A DNA stretch of 64,000 bases from Bugula neritina. Taxonomy: Eukaryota > Animalia > Bryozoa. The DNA lies in the NCBI GenBank assembly GCA_964035545.1, contig OZ037766.1:23924126-23988125 (forward strand). Reading direction: 5' to 3'. The notes beneath the pieces were generated by a model. That model saw only the letters and a list, made by a program, of their open reading frames with translations. It did not search any database and had not been told where the DNA came from. Numbering within the stretch: position 1 is the stretch's first letter; each line of letters starts with the position of its first letter. Below, one piece after another: positions 12,032-26,800 of the stretch. The position numbers were made by a program, and so were the translations under genes.

Positions 12032-14806
12032 TGAACCCCCCAACTTAAAGTTTGAGGACTTTAAGCTACTGCACTTAGTCACTCCTAAATTGGAGCTGCT
12101 TATAAAATATTTCAATACATTCGTCTGATGGATTTTCCCCAATACCAACCTTTTACTACCTGGTAACACCATTACCATTAGCATTCTCTAAAACGGAAAG
12201 CAACTATTGTATAACTCCCTATCATAGTTCTAGACAGATTTTATGTATAGTTATTGCTTTGTAGTTTGTAATACATATGTTCATGTTTATAAAGTAATTA
12301 TATTTATATGAGATTGAATATCATCATGATTATCATTATCACTCAAAATGAAAATAATTAAATTTAATGATTATCATTAACATTATCATTATGACTATGA
12401 ACAAGTATAACAATAACATCAACAATAGACATAATGATAATGATTAATCAATATGATAACCAAGTTTAACTTTACTTTTAAGTTTAACTTCAAGTTGAAC
12501 AGTTTAAGTATCTACTGATTGTCTTTCAGTGAGCGTGACAGCGACTCTGACTACTCACTACTGACTGGGAGGTAGTTGATCAGCTCATCACCCATACTCA
12601 TAGTGATAGTCATACTGATAGTCCCCTGATTCAGTTTTAGACTGATAATTATTCAATAGTCAATTAATTACATTTTTGCTTTCTAATTCTAGCTTGCCTG
12701 CCTAGTGCCTACTACTATTGTCTATTAGTATTAGTATTACTATTAGTATATTAGTAATATTATTAATATTATACTTAGTATTACTATTAATATTCGCTAT
12801 TGGACATTAGTGTTACTATTACTATTACTATTAGTTATTAGTAGTATTCGCAGTCATACTCGCAGGTATAGTAACTGCTAATTTGTAATAGTTATGCTAA
12901 ATCAGTGAAGGACTCATGCTGATTACCTAATACTAAAAGTTAGTCATTGATTTCTAGTGGTGTGTAGTATAAGTGATTAGGTATACATCAACACTTAATG
13001 GTTGTGAGTAGGAATTTTTCTTACAGCTGAAAATAATTATGTTATTTATGTTTAGTATTTTGTCTAAAGAGTAGAAAAGTACTAGTTTATCTTTTAAAGT
13101 GAAGTAGAATTTGGTTGCAGGATATATATTGTAATGGATTTTTATCCTCTATTAGTTCTAAAATAACTTCAACCCTCCTTGTTCTTGCACTAAGTTACAT
13201 TCGACCCACAAGTTTATCACAATATTATAGAAATATGAATGAGAAAGAGATGAAAAATCTGTAAATGTCATGAAACTATCAATACTTTTAATAATTGTAA
13301 TACTAATAGTAATACTGATGGAATAATTGTATTTGTACCCTACCTAATCTTATGGCTGTACCTATATTAAATGTATTAGACATGTCAGAGAGCACTATAA
13401 CTTCAAGATATCACTATATGAATACTAATAAATTGAATTCTAAGTGAAATTCAAATATTAAAATTTTGAAATAGTAGTTTAACTTGGGAATATAATTATA
13501 ATACATATAAATTAGTATTATTAATAACTAGTATTGTAGAAAGAAGTTGTTATTATCATCAGGTAAATTATAATGAGCATAGCTGCTAGTCAATAGGTTT
13601 AAAAAAACCCATAGTGGCCCAACTAATACTGGATAGATTATTTTTTATATGGCAATGGAACTGGGAAAATATTAATTAGCTCACCTGGTTATTGTCATTA
13701 CTCTAAAAAGTATATGTGATAGACATCCTAGAACTAGCTATCGGTAAAGTTACCAAAAGTATACATATGTAGTACCAAAAGTAGTGTAAAGAGAAGTGTA
13801 AAACTAGTAAAATACGAGTGGTAATAATAGTGTTGCAGTAAGTATTAGTGTTCCTACCACTAATACTATTGGCACTGCTACTAATTCTAGTTTTAAATGT
13901 ATTATTATTAGTTTAATATTTGAAGAGTGTTAATATTGCATTATCATTTAGTAATATTTCCATATAAATAAAGGGTTACAGTTGAAGTACGAATAACTGC
14001 ATTCCTGATTGGTTAAAATTTATACAGCAGAATCAGCTTGATGCAAATATAAAAGGATTTATAAAGGTAAAACCATAAATTTATCAGTGCATAAAGTCAA
14101 ATATTGAATTTTGATAGTCCGTTGTACTTCTTGTCAAGTTTTAATGGACTATGTAGAATGTATTGATAACATATGCTACACTGTGACAGAGAAGGGTAGA
14201 GGAGAGGTAGCTAGCATATCATCATGTAATGATGTAATATGCTCAAGGCTAACATAAAGAAGGTCTCTGTTTGAAACCAAAGTTTATAGCTATACATCAC
14301 CAATGACAAAGCCACATTTTATTTTATTTTTAGACTTTGAGATTTATTTAAAACAAAGTTGGTTTAAAAGTTGCCATGCGCTTAACATTAAAGGTTGAGC
14401 ACTACACCAGTTTTATGTTTTCTTATTTGTTTAAATCAGTGCTATTCTATACTTATTGCTTTCTTTACCCTTGTGAATATTTCAGTTTGCATGAAAAATT
14501 CAAACATGAACTTGGTATAAGTAAGCCAATTTTATTAAGTTGTTTACTAATTTTCTGGAGAATTTACTTATCGCTCAAATTGTTTTTATTAGGAGTATAC
14601 TAGATTATTAAAACCAAAGAGTTAGGATGCTTGAAACTAGGTAATCTAGTGACTGATATTTTGTTTTTCTATTGAAGATGTAGCTTTCAACTTGTTAGAA
14701 TGTAAGCCTTTACCAACGCCATATCCTCAGAAGGCAACAGATTATCAATTCTTCCATCAGTCTCTCATTAGGCTGTGATAAATAACTATCAACACTGAGT
14801 GAAAAT

Positions 14807-17800
14807 ATGAGTAGCAACTACACTGTAGTAAGTAACATAAATTTACTTGACCCTTTCATAAGCTATTTATTATAAGCAGTGTGAATATGTTTGAGGCTCA
14901 TGCATTTAACTTAGTCATGGTATAAGTGCATATGTGTAAACAGCAAGATGAAATCATTTTTCATTCAGCATTTTAATGTTGGCCATTTTACTTAGTTTAG
15001 TACACACTGACAATCTCCAGTTTTTAGCTATTTTTCACAATTTAGCTGCTAATGAACATGGGTTGTTGCCCAAAATTAGTAAAATATTAATAACTACACT
15101 TGAATAATTAAGCTTTAACTTAACTTTGCTTGATTAATTCCCATGTTTTTTTCTAATTCAGCTACTTTTGATTGCGAATCGTTATGGTTTTTTCGTAACA
15201 GTCCGCAATTCAAATTAGCTAAATAAATAGGAAAAAACATGGGAAATCAAGCAAAATAAAATAAAAAAAAGCCTAATTATTTAAGTGTATTTATTAATAT
15301 TTTACTAGTTGTGGGTAAAAACCCATGTTCATTAGCAGCTAAATTGTGAAAAAATAGCTAAAAACTGGAGATTTTCAGTGTGTACTAAATTAAGTAATAT
15401 GACCCATATGTCTGAATGCTGTCAAAACTAATAATTATAACTGTAATTTTTTTTAATTTTAGGTTTGAAGTTTAGTTCTATAATTAGAAGAGTTTGTAAC
15501 AAACAATCTTTGAATTTTTTGTGACTCCATTTGTTCTGTTTTTACAATTGTTGCAAATATTTTAAATTTTCCAATATGTTGATGTTTTTTCGAGTAACCA
15601 TGAAATCAGCTAGCAATTACTTGTAGAACTTATAATAAAGTAGGTGAACATATGGAGTTATGTTCACCTGGCTAAAACAATTTATTCTGTGATTTTAGCC
15701 TCAACAGCCTACTTCAGAGCAAACAGGGCAGTGTAAGTGTTCCCATATTTTATATAATGACAGTTTATATATATTTAAATTTTTTTTGATATATATCATA
15801 TATACTGTCTATAAGATATAGAATGGCTGCTGATTCTAGCGCTTTCAGTTGCAGCTATAATCATATCAGCTTTGCCACACAGCCTTGGATGAGGCAATTG
15901 AGTAAAAAATGAAACACTTATTTTAGTAAATTACATAAAAACACAAATAATGAATATTAGACTATTGATGTGAAATGAATTGTTTTATTTTTAATATTTC
16001 AGCCTTTGGTGATGGACCTCCATCTGATGGGGAGTCTACTGTAACTACTGATTCAACATTGAGGTGAACATTTTATTTGGTTTATAGATTATATTGTAGT
16101 TCAATCAATGTTTTACCACAGCGAAAAAGACAGTGCAAAAACTAAAGAGAAACCTAGAATTTTATAGTAAGACAAATAGTTTGTTCAAATGTTCTAAGTT
16201 AAGGTATAGCTTAGGAAGAACTCTGTTAATGGAGAGTTATCTGCTTTTTGAATCTAACGCTCTGATTGTATATTAGTGCATAACATATGCTAATAAAATG
16301 AAAAGACAATTTCATCGGCACAGAACAGTCCACTGCTATTTACTCTGATCGTTTTACTCTTTTTTTATCCAAAATTGTTTTTATACAAGCTGACTCTTTT
16401 GTACTATTCAAATGTTTTGGCTTAGTCCAGATTCATTCAAGAGCTTTCAATTGTTACAAATTTATTTATTGTGGTTGCCATTTGTTTATTTTTAGTCTAT
16501 GATATTTTTTATAATATTTTAAAATGCATATTTTCCATTTTAGTGAACCAGAGAATGTTGCAGCATCAGTTGAGCCTCATACCGTTAAACTATCTAGTAA
16601 GTGATCTATGGGTTTATGTTACTTCTTATGCTGCGTTTTTATTGGCTTGAAATAATGTGTCTCACAGTGTGACGGGTTTTTTTTCTGTGGGCTGTAAATG
16701 TTAACTTTCTAATATAATTTGAAATAAAATTTGATAGCTGATCTTATATGATTAGGATTTATCTTCTTTTAATTCATGCATGCTTGTCAGTGATTTAGAG
16801 GAATTATTGCAACTTTTATTACTTTTTGAACACTTAAAATACAGCTGTAAAGCTTTTCATCCATTTATATTGTAACCTAAACTGTGAAGAAATAATCCTA
16901 TGGTAAAATTATGTAAATAATAAAATTAAGTCGTATGAATTAATTTAGTTTCTCGTCAAAATTCTCAACTCGAAACTTTATATGGTTTAGTGAAATGTGA
17001 TTGTGTTGTAGCGCCAACACCTTCTCTGAATGACAAGTCCCAGCGTCCTGTTGTTCTACCACGAAATAAGATTCCTCCAACCACCGTTGCTATGCAGACG
17101 ACTCCTAGCTTCACCTCACCACTTCAGTCCTATGATCAGCTGGCTGCTATACTGCCTGGTCATGCTAATGCCTTACTTGCTGCTCATAAATACGAGGCTA
17201 GAAACAGCTTGCACCACGCAGGTGTGATTTCATCTCAGTCGTCATCTTTCCTCGCGCCATCGCCTTTGGCTAGTAGGTCCACTATTTTCAAGTTTGATCT
17301 TTGTGCTGAGTTTTGTTTTCAATCCAAGTTGTTTTATTTTTGTGTGAAAATCTTCTTAGGTTTTTTGCCAACTGATATTTTTTACTTTTATTCCTAATTA
17401 TTCATTTTATGAACTTGAAAACTTCACAATCCGTTATTCTGTGGAAGTTAAAGAAATTATGTTTTTATAAGGTTGCTGTCTCATTATGTATAACTGTAAA
17501 TGAGTTTATAGCAAACTCTTTATTCAGTAGAAATCTTATACTTAGCTGACGGCACACTGAGATATCTTGGGCAGCTAATATGCCTATCTATCAGTTGTTT
17601 TGCTAGCTGTCTGTATAAATGACTTTAAAAGTGTAAGCACTAAAACACAGCCATAGGGTATCGAGTTGTTCATTTTACCTGTTGTTGTAAACCTTTAAAT
17701 ACAATTATAGTAATATGATTGAATAAATACAATTTTTTGGGTATGGGATAGATAAGATGCTTACAGTGGTCATGGTAGCGGACCATAATATTGGTGTGTA

Positions 17801-20800
17801 CTTTAAAAAAAATACTATAAAATAAGTGGAATACAGTTTGTCAAATGGTAGGCAATTAATGTGGTGTGTATCAAAAATAGTAAATACTATAACCAGTATA
17901 GCTTCCATTCTACTCTCTAATTTTAGATTCCGCTGTAAATGCAAACTCTGATACCAGTTCTGACCCTTCATCATCATACTCTACTGCGGCGTCTAGACAT
18001 GGTGATATCCCCAGTATTAGTGAGCATTATTTCACTTTCACATAGTTTTACTTTAAAAGCAGTCAGTTCGGGGTGTCACTAGAAGTAGCACTGAGTTGGG
18101 GGTTACTAAGTGTAGTATTTGTATACTACAGTGTATATTGTATAAGTGTCTGGATACTACACCTCAAACTTTAAACTTCACACCCTAACCAAATGCATCC
18201 AGTGACCACCAACTGACTCTGCTTTAAGTGATTTTCTTCTGTATTCTCTATGCCAATGTTTCCTCTGTATTAAATATATCTTTGAGTTGGTTCACAGCTT
18301 GTTTGACATACATACCTACTATTAGTTTGTGCGGCACTCGGTCTAATCAACAAATCATTTGATTGGTGGATGAACTTACTAACCCTCGGCTACCAAATAT
18401 CTTGTATTTTATCTTCCTTTATCATGAGATATATTCTCCCTATTGTCTTGGTAGATTTATTCTCCCTATTGCCTTGATAGATTCATTCTCCTTATTATCT
18501 TGGTAGAGTTTTGTAACGTAGGTTCAGTGAGTCATTGGCTTGCTTGTAAAATTCTGATTTAAAGATCTAAGCATTATCTACACGATCAGGAACTAAAACA
18601 CTTATATTTAAGTAGAAACCTGGAAAACGAATAATCCACTCGAATTTTAGAAAGGAAAACTGTTGATGCAGTTGTAAACTGTGTGATGGCCCAGCATGGT
18701 ATTCAGATATGTACTAAAAATACTTGGCATATAGGAAAGCTAATCTAACAGCTGAAGATTTTTGTGTTGGTGTGTGATGAGTCACATGGATTTTACAGTG
18801 CAAACCTTTATTTTATTTACTTAAATAGTAATAAATATTAACAGTGTTTTATTTTTAAATACTTACTATTAAATATCAACTAAAGTTTTATTTTTCCACG
18901 TAGGTCTATCTTTGGATGAGCTGTTACATGAAATGCCCGAGGTAAGTTTAGTATACTTGGAGTTGTCTTTTTCATAGAAATATTTTTATTGTATTTTATT
19001 GTGCATGAAAATACGAAAATAATGAAGAAATTTTACTAAAATGAAGTTTTTGACACATATTTTTGTCTGTTTTTATCAGATACGCATATTTATTAAGTTA
19101 CTGAAGTATGTGAACTATTTTTCTCTAATTTTACTAATCTTTTTTTTTGTCAATTTTAGCTCGCCAGTATTCCCCGAGATATAGTAGTAAGTGTTATATA
19201 GTTGTTTAAATTCTTAATGATATTATTGGTTGGTGGATGGCCAGTCTTGTACCGCCAAGTAAACTTTTGGTTAGAAATACGAGTGTATTTGCTGCAATAG
19301 CTTTTACTAGAATATTTTTTCAAGTGCCATTTTTAAATAGGGGTAGGCAACTTCAGTCTGTGAAGCATTTAAATTTTAGCTGTTCTAGAAAATCAAATTT
19401 TACTTGTTTTAGTTGAACTTATTCTGACATTTAATTTTTTTGAAATAGTATTTAATCTTGTGTAGCGACAATCAATGGTAAATGAGCCACCAGAGGTCTC
19501 CCTTCCACATGTTCAGCCATTAACAGAAGCACCACCCAATCACATGCAGCAACATCACGTGAGTACTTGACTAACACTCGTGTAATTCCATGCATATTTG
19601 TTACTGCAAAATTCAATATGTAGTTTTGATAAAATTGATTGCCTATGGGTTGGCTATTTCTATTTTTACTGGTCACATGGCTTGGGTGTATTTGTTGCCT
19701 GCTGTGTGACATTTGCAGCTAGCAATTCTCTGTCAGCAACCTCACAGTAGCTTTTTAACTACTAGAACTACCTTATGTTCGGGCATATGCTGTTAGAAGG
19801 TGGCCAGCTATCTAATGTATTATGCTATATCAGTGCTGTATATAGCAATGGTCAAATTTTTGTTTAAGCTCCAGGCACTACTGAAAGTGACAGTTTGCGA
19901 GTTTCAGCAGGTTTTATGGTTGCATTTCAACTCTCATAGCCCATTTTGACTGCTGAAACTGTGGTCCTTAGGCTAGGTCATATGATTTACCTGAGGTGGT
20001 TTTCGGCTCTTGATAAACTTTTGGTTTTATTTAAGTGATCAGCTATTTAGTTTTGTTTCAAATCTATAATTAGCTAGTGTTGAAAAATTTCGTTTATTTG
20101 CTTAAGCAAAGTGTCAAGTAGTGTTGCGAGTATGATTTTAGTGGCGTTTTATTGTGAATCTAGGACATGTGTATGTCATGCTATTAGGTGACCAGACCGA
20201 AGACAACTTTGAGACCCACACCGGCACCGCGCTCTATACGAGGCCAGCCGGGGCAGCAGTACAGTAGACAGCATCAGCAACACAGACTGGAGCAGCTGCA
20301 GCGAGAACAAGATATTAGGAGTCGAGAGGAAGCGGCAAGAAGGGCAGAAGAAGCCAAGCGTAAAGAAGAAAAAAGGAGAGCGGATCGTATTGCTGCACTT
20401 GATAGACAGCAAGCACTGAATCGGCAGCAAGCTGTACAGAGACGAAGCACAGAAGAAGTGGAGCGCCCCATGAATATGGGACCTCAATTGAGGGTCAGGA
20501 ATAAGAATTTCTCAGAAATATAAAGCCTGACTTATAAATATGTACATACGTGTAGGATCACACCTACTTTTTGTATTTGTGGAGAGTTATCTAAAACAGA
20601 ATAGCATTTTAGCAAAAAAAAACAATAAATTATAAAATTTTGAATAAAAATATTTGCCATAATGTAAATCAACTTTTAGTATTTCAACTATACTTGTAGA
20701 CAACGCCCTATCAGCCCGCTGTCCTCACGCCACCACAGCCAACAGGTAGAAATTCACCTGCTGCTGCTGTTAACAATGCTAATAACAATCAGTTCAACAA

Positions 20801-23800
20801 TGAGAATAAACACGTTTCCAAAGTGAACACCCGAAATGATGGTGCGACTGGAGGTGCCCCGCCCGCCAAGGGACTAACAGCACAAGCTATGGCTCTAAGT
20901 GAAAGAGTAAGCCACCTGTATAACTTCTTGTTTAGGAACCTGATAGTGTATCGCATTGCTATATGAAAGTTCACAGAATGATGAAGCTGTTGATCATATT
21001 AATAGTCAAATAGAAAGTTCTGCTGAGGAGGGGTTTAGCGCGGTTCATGGTTCTGTATGCAACTGTGTTGAGATGTTGCTATGTCTTTCCTTCATACTTA
21101 GCCTTTCGGCTTGTGACCTCTGTTCAAGGTCAAATGGGTCTGTTCGCCAAAGTCTTGTAAATTAAAATGGTTATACAATATAGACTGAGTTTGTTGCATT
21201 TAAACACAATTGGTTACATTATTATACGAAACTTTAAGAACTCATGCTACATATCATTAAGTACATGTTGTTGCTAAGTACACGTTGTTGCTAGATACAT
21301 GATGTAGCTAGGTACATGCCGTTGCTAGGTACATGGCGTTTTTAGGTACATGGTGTTGCTAGGTTCACACTGTTGCTAGGCACATGTTGTTGCTAGGTAG
21401 AAGTTGCTAGGTAGACGTTGCTAGGTACATTGTTGCTAGGTACATGCTGTTGCTAAGTACACATTGTTGCTAGGTACACCTTGTTGCTAATTACATGCTA
21501 AGTTTATGTTTTGTTGCTCTGTTCTGGTAGGAAGCCGGCAATAAGATTAGAGTGCTCCTTCAATCAGGCAAACTGAAAGACCGAAGTGGAAGACATGCTG
21601 AAGCTGTCAAAGATTTTTATGAGGCTCTTGAGTATGAGTAGGTGTTACAACTCAGTTATATTATTGTATTATATAATTATTCCAATAATTTCAAGTACGT
21701 TTAAAATAGCACCTAAACTCTATCTGAAAACTTGCATTCCTAAAACTACACTTGGTTTAAAGGTTTTTATAAACTGTGAAAATTAGCCGCCTTATCATTT
21801 GAACAGTGTTAGGATTTGTTTGCTCTTGAAATGTTATTGCTGAATATGATTTCTGTTGACCTTCGTCGGTAGCCTATATTGCTTTTTACTCTGTATATAT
21901 AGCTTCTGTTTGACTAAATATGATTCTCCTAGTAAATGCTGTATGAATTGGCTTGAGTTTTAAAAATACTATATTTTGTAACAGTAGACTAACATGGCGC
22001 ACTCTTTTTGCAATTACACAATTTTGACCAATAGACTTATAGATTGCAGTAGTAACAGTGAACTCCACTTTCTTCCATTAAACCTTATTTGCACGAGCTT
22101 TTGTAAACTAAAATGACAGTAATAGTACAACCATAAGTTGAATTATTTGCAACATCTACTTTTTTAATGTAGTTTGAATTATGGTTATTCTAGCTCTCCG
22201 ATAATTTCCTTTTAAATATTAATCTATTTATGGCCACAAAGCATTGAGCACGTTGTTGTATGTTCGCTCAGTAACAATCTTCAATGTATGCCTGCTGTCG
22301 TAGTGAAAGCTTGCAAATCACTGTATAGAGGAGTTTTTTTGTTACGTCATAAATTCAAACTTTTGATTTCCTTGCAGTCCTTGTCATTTCTCGGTGGTAT
22401 TCATCTACTTGTTGAGCATGTTATTAAGACTTACCTGCATGTTTATTTCCTAAATTATTCTTTTTTATTTTCAGAAAAAGATGTCATGGTGAAAATAGTG
22501 CAGAGGTTGCCAACACCCATGCAGTGATAGGCAAGGTAAGTTTTCACTACATCTGATGGCAAATAGGAAATTATGCTATTTGCTTTAAACTTTCTACTGT
22601 CCTAATTCGGGATAGTGAAATACTGCATCCATAGCATAGTCCAATATTTAACTCGTGTATGTGGGTCATTGTACTTTATTTAATACACATCAATAAATTA
22701 TAACCAACAATTGAGTTTTTTTTAAATTAATAAAAATGTATATATGGGGTTATTTTTTGTGCTGATTCTAACTATACATAGAAAAAAAGCTAGGAGAGGG
22801 TCTTGCACCATTAAAACGCAACGTTATTGTCATATGAGCTAAATATAAAAATACGGACCTTGATGAAAAAACCATCAAAATCCGTGTATCCCAATTTACT
22901 AAAACATTAGGAAAAATATAGAAAATAAAAAAAAATAAAAAGGCCTTGATTATTTAGTTGTATTTGTTAATATTTTATTAGTTTATGGCAAAAAAAACAT
23001 CTAAATTGGTAGCTAAGTTGTCAAAAATTGGTAAACGCTAGAGATATAGAGTGTGTACTAAGTTATGTAAAATGATTCATGTGTAATTAGCATCATATAA
23101 GTTCATCACCAATGAGTATATTGTACTACTCATTATTCGTCTGGCAGGTTTATCACAAGATGGGCCGACATAATGATGCTAGAAAAGAGTTAGAGGAAAG
23201 TCTTAGAATATTCCAGGTTATTGGTTATACTGCCGCAGCTAACCCCGACTCCCTATGGACTATACATGACTCACTTGCTCAGGTCTATGATGGGCTTAAA
23301 AATAGGCCAAAGGAGATAGAGCACTATGAGACGGCCATTAGAATCCTTACTCAATCAACGTCTGTCCCACCCGAGGTTTGTGCTACTCAATACTCGCTTT
23401 TTATTGGTTGAATTTATCGTATTGATTGTTTTCTTTTTAAATCGATGTATTTACTGTTCAATTATTAAACCTTAAATGAGATACTTTGCAGGGAATTGTT
23501 GTGTTTTGCTGTCTTTATTCTGAAATAAGGTAACATGTGTGTGTACCAAAGTTGTAACAATTAAGGTTTGAAATGTGTGAATATTTCTCAAGTCACACTG
23601 GTTGTATGGTGTATTGGATAAATTTAGTGTAAAATATTAAGAGTCATTTTCTCATTGCAGAGACTGCCTCATATGCACAACAATGTTGGCAATGCATATC
23701 GGGCTTCGGGCAATCTGAATAAAGCTGTTGAGCACCTGGAAAGGTCGAAGGAAATGATGTTAATGATGCATTTTGGGGATGCGTCAGAGGACATGGCTAA

Positions 23801-26800
23801 GGTGAGAAGGTCATTGCTATACTATTGTTGATGTAGAGATCTCTGGCCTACTATAGAGATAGTGTACTATAACTGTACTATAACTGTGAGTTGTTCCCTC
23901 TCTGTACAGTGTATCAACCTATCAAGTTAATTCACAGCTGATGCTGCCACACATGCAATCATTGCAGATAATTCTTATTCGAATTTCTTTTCAAATTTCA
24001 GTGTGATCCCCTATTATTGTAACTAGCCCTATTTTAGTTTTACAATTTAAATATGTGGTATTAGAGGAGATGAAATCATGGAGCAGCCATGGTTTAGGGG
24101 TTAGAGTGCTGTCTTAGGGAACTCGTTGTCATGGCTTTGAACATCATTGAAGGCCATTGGTGATGTTAGGAAGAGCATCCAGCCATAATTGCTCCTGTGC
24201 CTCTTCCTAATAAGTCCTCAGCCCGATTTAACGAAAACCCTTTCAATCAGGGAGTTTCTCACAGGGATGGCGACTGTAAACTTGTTTTTCATTACCAGGT
24301 GCACTCTAGTCTGGGTGATGTGTACAAGGACTTAGGCAGGCACAAGGATGCTATCAGAGAGCTGGAGGATAGTATTCGCATACGACAGAGGTTGAGGCCG
24401 GGCAGTGACGGTGACCTCATCAGAGGAAGTACTCACCAAACACTTGCTACGTTGTATGAAGCTATCGGAGTGAGTTATTACTTCCTTTCTGGTTCTGAGA
24501 GTGTGGTCTTCAAGGACTGTATCCAGTTCTTTTGAAATATAACTTGACACGTTTAATATATTGAAAATAAGAATACATTTTGCTAATTATGTATGGTAAT
24601 TCATTACATATATACCAAGTCTCCTTGTTAAAACTTCAGATTTTGTATAAGCTGTCTAAGAGCACTGAAATTATATATATTATAATAATATTTTATGTAG
24701 TAATTTATTTAATAATATTGAATACAGTATAATATTGCATATACTACTTGGCTCATTATAAAACCTGCTATGTTAGTAAAACATTACTACAGGTAAAATT
24801 TTACACAAACAGCTAGGCTATCTCTTCATGTAGATTCCATATGCCAGGTAATAATGTAGTTGTTGATCACATGGGACTTAATCTTGTTATTTAACTGTTC
24901 ATTTAGTGCAAATATATATGATATCAATTTCTCACACATGCTATATATAGTATATGGCATGTATGGGTACATCTGCCATGAGATAGATATCTGTAAGAGA
25001 AATTCTCTCTTTGTTGTAAAGCAGGAGTTCGCAACATATACTATCCGCCATTATTTCAGATATCTTTATGTTGATCTTTTAAAAATAAGCTCAATTTTAG
25101 CACGTTTTGTAAAACATGTATTAATGATCTGAAACTCGGAAAAAAGACATAATAATTCATGTCAAGTTAAAAGATAATGAGATATTCATGTTTCAAGTTT
25201 TCTAACATTTTCGTGATTGCTATGCTTTCTAATTTCATTTAATTAAGCTGCGCTTTTTTCAAAGTTGAGTTTTTGATTTTTCTTTATATGCATTTAGAAT
25301 ACCGAAAAAGCCAGCTATCACAAAGAAAAGTCTCAAAGCGGTTTGCAAGGCCTTATGGGAAGTAAAGAAGATCGAGAATCTTTGATGCAAAAACTTGGAG
25401 GTTACAAACAGATTCTATTAGAAATGTTTTGTAGGGTTCATCTGATCATATCCAATTGGTCAACTTTACTATGTCTGACTGTTACCGTGGTGATTTTTTG
25501 CAGGGGTTGTGAAAGGTCAAAGTGCATCGGGAGTTTTGGGGAAATTGGCAGCCGGTCTGACAGCGAGTGATGACATCAACAAAGCGCAACAGTTTCAGGC
25601 TGAAAATGATAGCTTGTCTGCTATAAAATACTATGAGAAGGTATGTGCAAATAATAGTGGAGTTGTCATACTTTATCTTGATACTTGAATGTAATGTTTG
25701 ATGTAGTGGCCTACATTTCTATACTCGCAGGACGATGATTTTTAGCTTTACATCAAAATCTTTGGCAACCAACAGACACGCCTTCTTGTTCAAGATTTAT
25801 TTTGTTGTTGTCTGTAACTTGATTGTGACTACTCAATAAAATTGTGGTTTTATGGCTGCAGTATTGAGATACATTCTATAAAGTATTTCTTTTTGTCTTT
25901 TTATTTTAAATATTTAGCAGCTTTGTTGAAGTGACTTTTTTATGACTTGAAATGTGTGGAGTGAAACTCAGCTTGATCAGTAATGCTATACATAGCACTT
26001 GTGTATGAATCACATATGATGATTCAATTTTAATACTTGATGCAGTGTGTGTTTAACTTTCTGTACTTGTAGGGTATTGCATCACTCATGCAGCTTCCAG
26101 ATGACATCAGAAACCAGGAAGAACTGCTATCCACACTTGCTTTATGTCATAATAATGTAGGCAATGCCTACAGGAAAACCAACCAGTTCGCTAAAGCTGA
26201 GGTATAACACGGTGTGGGAATATTCTCTTTGAAATACAAAAATAGATTGTGAAAATTATTTTTATTTATAATAATTGCTCAACACACCTCTGTGTTTGAG
26301 ATGTAACATCTCTTTGTTGTAAAGACATTCAAAAAGTGCTCAGTTGGTGTGATATTGCCTGGTCACATGCAGCTGAATTAGCAAGGCTGTCAACTTCCTT
26401 GATATTTCTCTTCTCACTCAGTTATTTGAATCTTATTTATTGGTATTTTCTAGTAAACGCATGTTTTTAGTGAATTTAGGACTTTCCGATTATTTAGCTT
26501 ACTAAAAAAATGAAATGTTATTTAGACTAATATCAAACTGTCTTCTAGAAAGATTAATAACAGCTGTTCCATTATTATTTTAGGAGAATTTGAGGAACGC
26601 TTTAAACATACGACGTCAGCTGTTTGCTGACGAATCAACTGACGATACAGCGTCAACACTTTTCAATCTAGGTCATCTTCTGCAAGGTATAGGAGGGCGG
26701 CAGAATACTCAAAGAGCTATTGAGTATCACGAAGAATGTCTCAGGATGTACCATGAACTTGGAGGCATTGGTATGTAGTAGGAAGGAGATTAACTGGCAT

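Noticed and set aside
24197-24298. In-frame N-terminal extension of the TPR exon ORF
   Set aside because: It is SINE sequence upstream of a good acceptor at 24298; the open frame is probably coincidental.
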